Shown here in pieces: positions 13,061-25,262 of a stretch of 64,000 bases of DNA; the first letter of the stretch is position 1, and every line of letters starts with the position of its first letter. The translations under genes were made by a program, and so were the position numbers. The notes beneath the pieces are model-generated. The model had not been told where the DNA came from. It was given only the letters and a program-made list of their open reading frames with translations, and searched no databases. Source of the stretch: Tubulanus polymorphus (lineage: Eukaryota; Animalia; Nemertea); assembly GCF_964204645.1 (NCBI RefSeq), contig NC_134032.1, positions 10,528,275 through 10,592,274 of the forward strand, in the 5' to 3' direction.

Positions 13061-13396
13061 ATTAAGAGTCATGAAATATGTTTCATTGCAAAATGAACGC
13101 CAAAATTCTTATGTGTAATTTTAATTTTGAAACGCAGATATTGGTGACAGTTATTGATGACGTAGAGCATCTAATCGATTCACACCGAAGCGCATAGTAG
13201 TTATCATTGTATATAAACATTATTGCATTGTCAAAAAATCAAACTTTTTCAAACAGCCTGTATTGTACGTATTATTATGTATATGTTCTTTTCCATGAAA
13301 TGAAATAACTCGAACTTGGGACCCTGGCGAATTTTGGTGGAATGACGCTTGTTACAGTGGTTGCCGGTAGGGTCTACCCCAAAATGAAGTCACCAT

Positions 13397-15280
13397 CTAT
13401 TTCTTACTAACGGAACCAACCGGGAAACAACGCTTGAAACTATCGACAGCACTGTTAAGATTCAGCGCTCGTTCACCTTCCAGGCGTCTGATGCATTCAC
13501 CAGTTGAGACAGAACAGTTGCCTTCGTTATGGGCGGTGTAAGCTGAAAAATGCGCGACACCGTAAGTTTTCATGCTGAAGTTGTCAACGGCGTCGCCTTC
13601 TTTGGATTTCCTTCCGTCCCCGCAAACGACATCGTATTCGACCCTGACCCGTTTAGCGTTTATTCTGTATTCCTTGACATCGGCTACGACCAGAGCTGCT
13701 CCGGGACCCTCGAATTTAACTTCAGATGACGCCCCGCTTGTCCTGACGTTTGAGCTGGTCCATGTAATAGACCCGCCTGACATCTGTGCCATTCTAAATG
13801 ACGCAGAGCCACTGCCAGTACCAAGCAATTTGACCGAAGGCTGAGCTGTCACCCTCAGCGTGCTTTGGTACGTGAATGAATTCGCGGTGGGAGTAGTAAA
13901 CGAACCGGTCTCCCCAACACTATCGATTCCGCCGAGATTCAGGCGAAATTCACGACCATTGGAACAACCTTGAGCCGTAGCGATCCCGACAATTCGTGAC
14001 CTGGAACCGGTCGATCGTAACTGGTCGAGAATTTTCATATCAGCTGCTTTACAAACAGAAAAACGACACACTCTGAACTTGAAAAGCCGATCCCTGAAAG
14101 TATATAAGCAATAACAGCAAAATGTGAGTACCAAGAGCTATTTCGGATTTATATCTTGAATTTTGACGAAAGATTGCTTACTCTTTTCCATTGTCGTGTA
14201 TGCTATGCATGCCGGTGATAGCCTGTCCAGGTGATAAGTGGTGGTTGAAATGATTGTCCCAGTTGGCCAGCCAGCCAGTCCAGTGACAGCCGAGTCCGGG
14301 TTTCGTCACCAACTGCGAATATATACGGGAAGCTCGGTTGGTATCTTGATCTTCAAGATGTCCTCCCCCTTATGTATCTTATTTGATGATCTGATTTGTT
14401 GTTGTTTCTTACAAACCCACCATTCACACCTGGCGGGAGTGAAATGGGGGATTTGATTTTGAAATCGAGGTTTAGATATAGTTGGAAGGTCGGTCGAATT
14501 TACAAAATTATTTCAAATCGATGTATACATGATTGGAAATTTCTGTTCCAGTTCGTGTTAACAATCTTCCAACCAGTCTGAGCCGGTAAGCGACTGATTG
14601 GAGTTAATTTTCCCGACGTTCCCGATAAGTGTATGGTATAGTTTTATTAGAATTTGATTTACTAATTAGAAAAGTTGACTCGAATTTAATTGAAATGTAA
14701 GAAATTGATCGCGGTAACCACCAGCGAACCTGGCGGATCCTCGCCTGCCATACGTGGAATCCTCGATTGCCACAGTAGCGTTGCTGGTACACCATTAAAA
14801 GGTAAACTATTTCATAGTGACTGCTTACTTATTTTTCGTAAATTACTTCTAAGTAAAAGTAAACGTTTAAGCTCAGGCTTGTTCTTGGATTCAGCTTATC
14901 AAACTCGCTTCATTAAGCGAATTAAGCGGTGAACTTACTTTACAACAATGTAACTTCCATCTTCTGTCCTCTTTGCCATTATCATGATAACTATGAAACC
15001 CGGTCACTATGCCGTTGTTGGGACATACGAAGAGAACAGGTCTATCCCAGTCATTCAGGTAATCAGTCCAACTGCACTCCGTGCCGACGTAACCCGGTCG
15101 ACAGCCCATATCGAACAGTCTATCTTCACGGCCATTATCGTGGTGACTTGCGATCCAGTGGATGTGCTGATTTCTGGGACATTTAAAAGTTAACGGTTGG
15201 TCCCAGTCGTTCTTCCAACCTACAGAAATGTGGCAGATCCCGAGCAAGGATATTATCAAAACCAGGAGTAAGCTGTTCAT
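13397..15280 (-). CDS. Secreted dermatopontin/hemagglutinin-amebocyte aggregation factor (HAAF)-like protein with a C-terminal beta-rich, putative aerolysin/ETX-MTX2-like domain (389 aa)
   Basis: Coding exons 15280-14939, 14312-14182 and 14093-13397 total 1170 nt; introns are GT-AG with phases 0 and 2. Signal peptide MNSLLLVLIISLLGICHISVG. Three repeats W.N/D.WD....F.C/L....I..I/F/M.S.HDNG(R/K)EDR.(F/W)...C. About 220 further residues follow. An acceptor (ttgtttag) just before the ATG implies a non-coding first exon. Confidence 0.85.
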
Positions 15281-16260
15281 ACCTAAACAAAAACCAGATA
15301 AAACACAGGGCCGTCAGCTCACGAAATCGCGGGTGGGTTCGTATTTAATGAACCGGAACTAAAGTAGGGGGGCGTGGGGGCCCTCTCCCAGAAAAATTTT
15401 AAAAATTTGGTGCTCAGATATGGCCTCTGAGCGATTTCCCGTGGATATATAAGCAAGGTATAAATGAACAGATTTATTATAAAATGTTGTAATTTAATCA
15501 GCATTGTCAACATTGTTTGGAGCATTTACGTCAAAAATGTTTCACTAAGCAATGAGACTATCAATTGCCATTCTCCTGGGATGTAGTTTCGCATATATGT
15601 CAATCGTCCGATTAACGTCAACGGAAATACAATGGACGCTGGCAACAGTGGACGACGGGAGGTCGCTTAATATTTTTTTTTTGCTTTAAAACGAGCGGAA
15701 CTCCATTTTTCGTTCGAAAACGTGACGGGCCTGAAACAATAGATGGTAAATACCGACGAATCGGTGGATAAGGTGTTTGACTCGATCGCAGCAACCGAAA
15801 GATAGTGGGTTTGAATCCTGTAGTGAGAAAAAGAAGAATGAAGAAGAACACAAATGTTTCTATAGAGGACTATTTATTCCCCTACCTACCTACCTAATAG
15901 AATAAGGTAACTAGTCCACGATTTCAAGACAACCACCATGTATTTAAGTACAGTGCCGTGCTGCTTTAACATATGAATAATTCAAACATGCTAAAACTCG
16001 AGCAAAGCTCTTCTCGAAAGCGTGATTAAATATCATTTTGTAAGCGTCCCGAATTTTATAAAGGACTTCACATTTTCAAAGACGAATATAATTCTAAATA
16101 GATATATTGTAAGCTGCGCTGCTATGAATAATTCAAAAACGTTAGTGGGCGCTTCTTTTCAAAAGGATGCTTTGTTGTATATTATTATAGAATTGCAACA
16201 ACAGTTTCGCAAAAACCATCACTCATTAATCCGCACACAATGACGCATTTCTTAATAATA

Positions 16261-16460
16261 CTTACTCTATCCGTACATGGATACAACAGGGCAGCTTTTC
16301 CAGGTTCAGCTCCAAACTATATTCAGTAGTAACCACCTGAGGTGACCGTCAGGCCCGTAGCGTCGCGGATGGGTCCGTTTTTGAATTGGTTTTCGAACTT
16401 AATGGGGGTCTGGGGTGCAGCCCCCTCATAACGGGCCCGAATATGAACCTTATATAAGTC
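16261..16460 (-). promoter_or_regulatory. Possible non-coding first exon and TATA box of the dermatopontin-domain gene
   Basis: Minus-strand donor gtaagt at 16265-16260 and TATATAA at ~16451-16457. This is positional inference only. Confidence 0.25.
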
Positions 16461-17914
16461 TGGTTTAAGCCACAACCGACATTCATATATCAATCTTCAG
16501 CCTTGACCCCGCACTACAGTAGACATTATACTGCTATTCTTTCAACTTTTGCAAAAACGTATCGTTCAGGCTTCACCTATACGTGATTTATGGCTGTGGA
16601 ACCGGGCAAACTGTACTCCTTTCGATGAATTGAGTTGACCCTCGAGTTAGGGTCCTGTAGATCCTGTAGATTAGTTTTACCCACTTTTAAATCTTTTGGA
16701 TATAACTTAAATTTGTGCGATATGAAACTAGATAAATTTGATAGTTTTTATCCTTGCAAAAAAATCACCACCCTGCTAACAAAAATACATTGTCGGTATG
16801 TTGTAACAACATTAAATCAGATCAGACTAATGTCGCTTTAATGTTGGGTTTAATGTTGTATCTAGTTTAATGAGAACTGTTGACTCATAGCAAGTTGTCA
16901 CAACATTGTTGCAATGTTGTACCAAACATCTCCACAACATGGATCAACGTCGAAGTGTTAAATGTTGAAACGGACAATATTTCTACATTGACACAATGTC
17001 ATTATTTTACTTGAAACATTCTTACAACATCTTTATAACATCCTAATAATATAAATGGGAGGCCTTCAAGGGGTGAATTAAACTTCATCTTTTAATCCAT
17101 TAGCCTATATCCTCATCTTCGGTTGTATGGGTATAGCCATATAACTAATAAACTCGAAAATAAATTTGAGTCGATTTTTAATTTAATTTTATTACCTCAA
17201 TATTCATCATATATACAAACGATATAATTTATTGATACGATGCAACATCTATTTATATCTATCATCTTCGACCACATCTACATCCTTAGTCACTGATTTA
17301 TCTGAAAAGAATAAAATATTTGTAAAATGTATTGCCCTAGTTTCAGAACAGTGCCACGTACCCAAGAAAAATGGCGGGAAATTCTAATGTGAATGAGGCG
17401 TGTGCTAACATCTCGTTTATCAATCAATTAAGACAATTAACCACATATGCTTACATGAAATGAAATCTAGAGCAGTAAAACTCACATCAATCATCGATAA
17501 ATATCCAAATCATTCTTTCCAAAAACAATAGCCCAATGGAATACTCTCCCTGCATCAGTTGTCCTGACCCACTCACCTGAATCCTTCAGGAGGCTGGTAT
17601 CTGTGGCACACCCCTAGATTTATTCCGAAATCCTATTAAGTGTTTTTAAAATGTACATTATCTCTTTTATTATTATTATTAATTGAATTTTCCATGCACA
17701 CTCTTCTAACACAGACGCGCACGCTCCAAAAAATACTCGCGAATGCGAGTGTGCTTGAGTATTCAAATGAATGAATGAAAGCCCTGAAAATACGCGATCA
17801 ATATGTAATATTTATCTAAGGTCTATACAGCAGTATGCGTGTAGGTAGCTTTTTTATATGTATAGCGGTATTGTTGTAAAATACCGGACCCAGTTCGAGG
17901 GATTACGGTGAAAA

Positions 17915-20900
17915 ATGATCCACGATAATCGGAATTACGTGCCGTATTTGGCTGGCACGGGACTGCTGACGCCGATCGGGGACTTTTTCGGATTGAAACA
18001 ATATCAGGTAGGCTTTACGCATTACCTCCGAGGTAATGTAATCGGACTACCACCTCCACCACTTGTAATTTCACTTAACAATCTCTGTACCACTTGTTGT
18101 TCCACTAGATTCTCCACCAGTTGTTCGGTGTTGTCATATCGCGAAATCACGGAATCGCAGAATTTTCCAAAAATGTGGGATTTCTTCATTTTCACTATCG
18201 TAACCTTGTTTTTCCACAGGATACCCCCTGTTGTACAAGGCACCGGACGCATGTTTTTGTTACCGGTACCTGGTAGGCCTATTTGATAATCGATTACCAT
18301 GTAGCCAAATTTGCATGCGTATTCGTAACTGCGTACATAAACCCCCTAACAACTCTACTAATGTCTATTTATTAATTGATGAGACCTGTTTTTCTGGGAT
18401 ATTTTGCTTACTTTTTGGGGTACATACCTCATTTATGTCTTAACAGAATGCCAAAAATCGCGGACAACAACTGAATATCCGATATATTTCCAGTTCGGTA
18501 CCAATTAGATGGATTGGCAAAAAGACTCCTTAAGTCCAGTTGAATGAGAGAGAAAATCCTCCATTTTGTCAAATTTCTTGAATTTTTACATTGTCACCAT
18601 GCCTACGAAATGAAGTTATTTTTCTTGTGGGGTCTCAACAACTAAAGCAGGGTGGCGTAGGCATGGTAACAATGTAAAAATTCAAGAAATTTCACAAATT
18701 GGAGGATTTTCTCTCTGATTCAATTGGACTTAAGGAGTCTTTTTGCCAATCCATCTAACATCATTTATTATTATTAACAGTAATTAATTAACAGTAATTT
18801 TTATTAACAGTTCGCTATAGGCATGCTCACAAAAATGTTACCGATAATGAATGATTGAAAAGAGAATTTCATTGTCCGTTTCAGGTTAACTTTTTGACGT
18901 GTCAATTCTTGGCGTTGTTGCTCAGTTACCCGTTGCGTTCGGCGTTGAGTCCGTTGAAAACGTCATCTAACGCACGCCTAGCGTATGAACTGTTCGTTGG
19001 GTTGTTTTTATGCACATTCTGTTTCGGATAGTAAGTTCACACATTTTCATCTTTAATGATACGTCTACGAGATATCTCAGTCGGTGTTGATAGTTTCAAA
19101 CCGGTTTCTTTAAAGTATTTTGAAGTATCGTACAGTTGCACCTGGTATAGCACCACCAGTACTCGAAAAGACCCAACATAGTACAGGGTCCCTACGATAC
19201 CTTGATTCGATCCTTTGCTTTATCTATGCTTTTGAATTTGCTTGAAACTCCTTTAATTTGAGCAAAATGGCGAGGTTTTTTCTTTACCCAATTACTGAAT
19301 TAGAAACCGAGTTTAGTAGTGTAAAGGATAAGAATTAGCTTACAAAACCATCGAATTAACGGTTTTCTGAGATGAAATAGTTCTGATTTAGGAGGAGTCT
19401 ACATTGGGTCATGAAAGTGATGCAGACACTTCCTTGAAATTTTCTCCTTTAAAACCCTTTGCATACTCCTTAAATCCAGGAATGACCGATCTATAGACCC
19501 TGTAATAGATATCTTATCGAATTTGGCAACTAGCTATAAGATATTGTGGTAATTAAACTATGAGATATCTCAAAGTGAAATTGTGAGATATCTCGAAGTG
19601 GCATCTGGTATAGCACGGGAACTGAGAGATATCTCGAAAAGTTCCAGCACTACTGAATTCAAAGTTCTCGAAAGTGGTCCTTCTTGTACGTCCTTATTGT
19701 TATAGAAGAGATTTACGCGATAGCGGATGTTTCATATGCGGATAAAAAAAAAATACAATTCTTCTTTTACGTCTTTATTTTCAGTCAAATAATACATTTC
19801 ATAATATTGAGTACAACATGTTTGTTGATATTAAAGTATTACCCCCGGCGACATTACAGACATTCGATAGTGTTCTCGTTCGCAATGCTGTACCTGGCGG
19901 TCACTCATATACACCGGCAGGTCTACGATTACGGAGGATACACCATGGACATATCGGCGTAAGTTTGAAGATCGTTAATCATGATTTTATATTTACTGGA
20001 ATTCGTTGAAGTTATTGAGAATGAGATTGTCATTGATAGCTATGGGGGTTGATTGTTTCCTGATGACTTTTTACTGAATGGATGGTCGAAGTCATCGAGA
20101 ATTAGAAGGTCACCATTTGTAACTAATTCTCAGTCGAACGTTATAAGTACGAGCTAAAATGTAACAGATAAAGCTATGTATGTGAGACTGGGTATTTATT
20201 TTCACGAAGAAGTGACTTTGTTGTTTCTGCGTATACTTGCAGGCCTCTGATGATCATGGTTCAACGCGTCACCAGTTTTTCGTTCAGCGTCTACGACGGT
20301 ACGATCCCCGATGAGAAGCTTTCGGGCGTTCAGAAACAAAGAGCTATTCGGTAATTTATAATTCAACATCAAAAAGTGGAGTCTATTGCCACAGGTCATG
20401 TCGTACTGTCCTGAGCTCTAGCACACCTGGTCGATCCTCACTTGGCTCTGGTAGAATTCTCTATAAAGGTCTTGCACGTGATGCCTCGTTTGCCAACCAG
20501 TAGTGGAAAACCATACAATAACAGAAGATAATCGGGCAGCAAGAACCCTGTAATTGCCGCAGTAGTCGATGCCCTATTGCACATTAACGCGCCTGATGGA
20601 TCCTCACTTGCTACAAGTGGAATCCTTGACTACCAAAGAATAGAATTCCCCTTAAGCAAGTATTAAAAAAGAAGCCTTTCCAGTTATTAATGACCTGGCT
20701 GATAAACTTTAAACATTGCGAACAGTTAGACAACTACATGTACTTGTCTATGGAAACCAAAATTGCGAAATGTTATTTTGCAGAACGTTCCCGAGCGTGT
20801 TGACGTACTATAGTTATCTGATGTTCTTCCAATCGATCATGAGCGGACCGTTCGTTTTCTACGATGATTACATCGCGTTCATTCACGGCTCGAACGGCCC

Positions 20901-23846
20901 AAAACAATCATCGTTAACAGCGACACTGCAGCAACAGAATGGCGTCGATTCACGCGGTTCTTTACCGGACCAGATTGAACCAGCTCCTGGAGTAAGTCAA
21001 GCGAAACGTGGACGGGGTGGCCACTGAGCTGGATTTCAGTTGAATTTCACAACACCATCTTAATTCGAACGTAGGATTGGTTAGAACTTGAGTCAAGACC
21101 TGATATATCGTGGGCGAGTTTTGTCACAAGCTTAAACTAGGGACACAGCCTAGTTCTGGGAATATCTCCTGGAAATTCGTCCTTAATGACCTTATTACAA
21201 CTGGATACATTTCGACTCTATCATGTCATTATTTTTATGCTCGTTATTCCAGGGAGTGGTAGCGAAGAAGTTATTGGTGTCAACTATGTGTGGCTTTGTT
21301 ACGTTGGCTGCAGCTCCCAGTTATTCCGCTGAGTCGCTTACACGTAAGTTGACTCCGAGATTTTCTCAGAATAGAATTCTATTAGCTTTTCAGATTAAGC
21401 GACGCCGCCAAACTGAGCCGACTTATCAGTTTCCCGTTGCACAGTGATGACTTTATAGTCTCATAATAGTAAGAATGGTCCCACGTGTATAAGTAGTTGC
21501 AATTGCTGTGTAACCAAAATGAGCTTAGACTGGTCTTGAATCAAACCTCAATGATCGTGCTAACTGGCTCCTGAATCTCAAAGAGTGTTAGCCCATTTTC
21601 AGATCCCGATTATCTGGTGCTATTCAATATCTAATTGTTTTTCTATTCCCGCTCTCAGGCCCTTCGTTTTATGAGATGAGTTTCTGTGGTAAATTATGGC
21701 ATATTTACGTAGTAATGTTCGTGGCTCGGATCAACTACTACTTTGCGTGGACCATGGGTAAAATCGTGTATTCGTTACAGTAGAATAAGATATATAATCA
21801 GTTGTAAAACGGACGTCAAGCCTTCTAATTAAAGGTAGACAAAAAGCCAAATCAGAGAGGTTACAAGATTTATCACTAATGAGATTTATTACTAACGAGA
21901 TTTATCACTGTTTTTTTGTTTGTTTGATTACTTGGTGCCTTCCCGGTAGGCTGCTTGAATACGATTCAAAAGTGCTCTTTGTTTGATTGAGAATACGATT
22001 ATTTCGAATGTTTTAAATGATGTGTTGATGTGTGTTTCTAGCTGAAGCTATCTGTCACAACGCTGGATTAGGCTTTAACGGATACGATTCGTCCGGCAAA
22101 CAGCGCTGGGATCTTATCGATAACGTCGATATCAAACAAGTAGAGGTGAGAAAGAGAAGAACTGATAGTCAGGTCTGAAGTGCCCTTGTAGCCTGGCGCG
22201 CATGTATCACCCCTCAAGACGTTTCGATACGTTTTCACCTTCCTTCGAAAGTCCATTGTCTACGTGTTTACCACTCCCCTTAAACATCAATGACCTACAG
22301 TAAATCACGCCTAATTCGGACAAACTTGGACCGGTAGAATCGGTCAGAAGATGATTCCGTTTTTGTCCGAGTAAGTCAAAATCCCGAGTTAACCATGTCC
22401 AAGTATGGCGAGGTTTACTGTACTAACACAGGACGTATCGGTACGTATTTCACGTCCACACTAATTCTCAACCCCTTTTACTGACACGTTTTGTTAATTT
22501 CTCATCAATTTTCAGTTATCAACGAATATAAAAGGTATGATAGATGCCTGGAATACGTCAACGACCAAATGGTTGCGGTTTATTGTTTATGATCGCTTGA
22601 CGAAGTTCCGAACAACCGGTGTGCTGTTTGTGAGCTCGGTTTGGCACGGATTCTACCCGGGTTACTACATCATGTTCATGAACTGTGGAATCCTAACAAT
22701 AGCAGCACGAAAGGTCAGTCCGTGGACTAGTACAATCCTCTTGCCTCCGATTTCGATAAATTCTCCCCTCGGTACACCCAAATTCCGGGGCGGTCGAAGA
22801 GCGGGGATGGGTCGTCATCACGATGAATTGGTTTAAGGAAATTTGTAATGCCGGTGATCAGGTGGGGCACGAGGCAATCCAAGGAAATTGACTCCGGGGT
22901 AAATAGTGTCCGCTTTATACATTTAATAAGCATTTCAAGAAAACATGGCTGCTTTCATAAATCCGCTATGTCATAATCGAATTGATGACCAGCGACAGCG
23001 GTGACCCGGTGACCGGATGGGACGAATCAGCAGAGACCACCCAGTGTGATGACCAGCGGACCAGTAGAAACCAACTGGTAGATAGACTTTGGTCACTTCC
23101 AGAAAAGGTGGCTGCTACGATAAATCTCCATATGACATCATTTAAGTACTCTTTTGAGACACTTCCAGAAAAGATATGCATATACATCACAAAATAACTT
23201 TCCTAGAAAAGACGGCTACCTTCATTAGTCTCCTTGGTGATCATCTCATCTATAATAGCCCATATAGACATGATATCTTCGATAGACATGATTATTGTAA
23301 TGTTTCAGATGAGGCATCATTTCCGCTGGTATTTCCAAACGTCGAAATCAAAACGAGTTTTCTACGACGTCGTGACATTTATTATAACTCGTCTAGCGAT
23401 CGCGTATATGGCCGCACCATTTGTCCTACTCGAGTTGATGCCGAGTATAACTGTTCTCAGGTCAGTAACCAAAAAACACATGGGGGATGGTGGGACTTGT
23501 AAATTGAATAAAGTAGAGATTTCAAGTTCATCCGTCTATGACCTCACCAGATTGCCTCTACAAGCTTTCATTATGGATGACTGCCTTCATGCTTTCCCTA
23601 TGACATCATGAATGTGCCTTTTGAGTTTAGATGGCTGCCTCCATAAATCCCCGTATGATATCATATACAGTATTGACTCTTCTATTTGTTTGCAGGTCGG
23701 TTTATTTCTGGGGTAATTTAGTCTCGTTGCCGCCGCTTTTACTGCTAAGCAGACGAAAACATCCGCAGAAACCGACGTCGACGCAGACGACAAAAAATCA
23801 TACGCAGACGACGACACCGGCACCAGACGACTTAAAATCATCATGA
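17915..23846 (+). CDS. MBOAT2: MBOAT1/2-type lysophospholipid acyltransferase, paralog B (complete, 507 aa)
   Basis: Exons 17915-18007, 18885-19030, 19785-19958, 20243-20350, 20784-20991, 21253-21343, 21659-21757, 22042-22145, 22516-22713, 23309-23460, 23696-23846 (1524 nt). Exon 1 ...GTGLLTPIGDFFGLKQYQ|VNF resembles the MBOAT2 N-terminus. Internal exon lengths are identical to paralog A. WN and WHG are retained. Confidence 0.9.
18504..18758. mobile_element. Palindromic foldback MITE in intron 1 of paralog B
   Basis: Arms of ~100 bp (ttagatggattggcaaaaagactccttaagtcc...ccatgcctacg and cgtaggcatgg...ggacttaaggagtctttttgccaatccatctaa) surround a ~50 bp loop. Confidence 0.8.
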
Positions 23847-25262
23847 AAATTCATTAAAAAATAAAATTAAAAATATTAATCGGAAATGTCATCATTCTTA
23901 TCATCAACGTCATTAGAATAAAAGCGATCGTGTGATAAATATTGATATAGTTTTACAACGAAATAGAAAAAAAATATATTTTAAACGGATTTTAAATACC
24001 GAGTTTATAGAATATTCTGTCATCGGGTTTGATGTTAAATATCCAGACGATATCGATATTAGCTGAAGTTCCGATAGATGTAATCGTTTAGTTTATTTAT
24101 GACGTATATATTAAGCCGTTTATATGTAGATTCAATTACCCCCGAATTACTAATAGTCGGACTTATGCTTTTTTTAATTTAAATTCCTCCCTTGTTTTTA
24201 TTGCTCTCAGATTTTACGCATTATTTAAGTACTTCCTTATATTGTTTTACGCTGAATAAATTGTACTTCAAATTTGACCATTCTCGACTGTAGAAAGAGG
24301 AAGATGTATAGGAAGAAAGGTCATGAATTCGCTTATTTCATTTTTGCGCCGTTAATTTTCTTTTAAGCAGATAGTATTAAGTACCAGCAGCTGTGTGGAG
24401 TAAGGGGTGGAGGTGATTGGGGTAGATTTTTTACTGAATTAAGTGAAAATTCGAGTTTTCGGTTTTATTCACAATCGTGTGTAGAATTCAATGGAAGTTC
24501 GGACTATTTTCCGTCAATACTGGCGTCAGACAATTAGGGGAATATCTTTCCTCGCTACCAATTGCTAAATCTTTGATCGAATGATATGGAGATTTTTGTG
24601 TTGATAAGCTACACAATACTATAGCAAGGCCCATGCACTAGCAAATACAATCTCAATACGTAATTATGCATGGTGAGACTGGACGAACGCCACTGATGTG
24701 AAAATATTCAGAATTCGATGTCAAAGACTACTGGTGCACCTGGTGGATCCACGCCACATTAAGTGAATATGAATACTTTATTCTCTCTAATAACAAATAA
24801 ATAATACACACACACATGAATACATTTCGAGAATCAAGTGGAATCCTCTCTTGCTGCAGGTAGTTGATATACTACTGCACACTAGCACACCTGGTGGATC
24901 CTCACTTACCGCAGTAGCATTTAGTCTTTCCCATTGACAATTAACTTTAAATACGATTTATGGAGCTATAATTTCTTACATCAATAAAAAGTTGTGAACG
25001 CTCGTAGTAAAACGCTTTCGATTGGTTTTATTCTTTTTACGAGATCAACAATTTTCGAAACTTACGTCGGATAGAAATGGTTTCTCGAAGTCATTGCACC
25101 CTCTGGTGAATTTTCAGTGCAACAAATCACCGGCAAATACTAAGTTGGAAAAATTCGAAAAAAACTGACTGATCGTTCAATATTAATCGTCATTTAATTA
25201 CATTGATAAACTATACAGAAAATAGCATTGAACACATTTTTGCATCGATTAATTCCAAATTC

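Noticed and set aside
14604-14795. 63-aa minus-strand ORF inside the dermatopontin gene, as a possible exon
   Set aside because: It has no dermatopontin repeat motif. The 14312-14182 exon supplies repeat 3 in the correct phase.
1842-24420. MBOAT duplication as an uncollapsed-haplotype assembly artefact
   Set aside because: The paralogs differ by many amino acids, have largely non-alignable introns and carry different TE insertions, which is too divergent for alleles.
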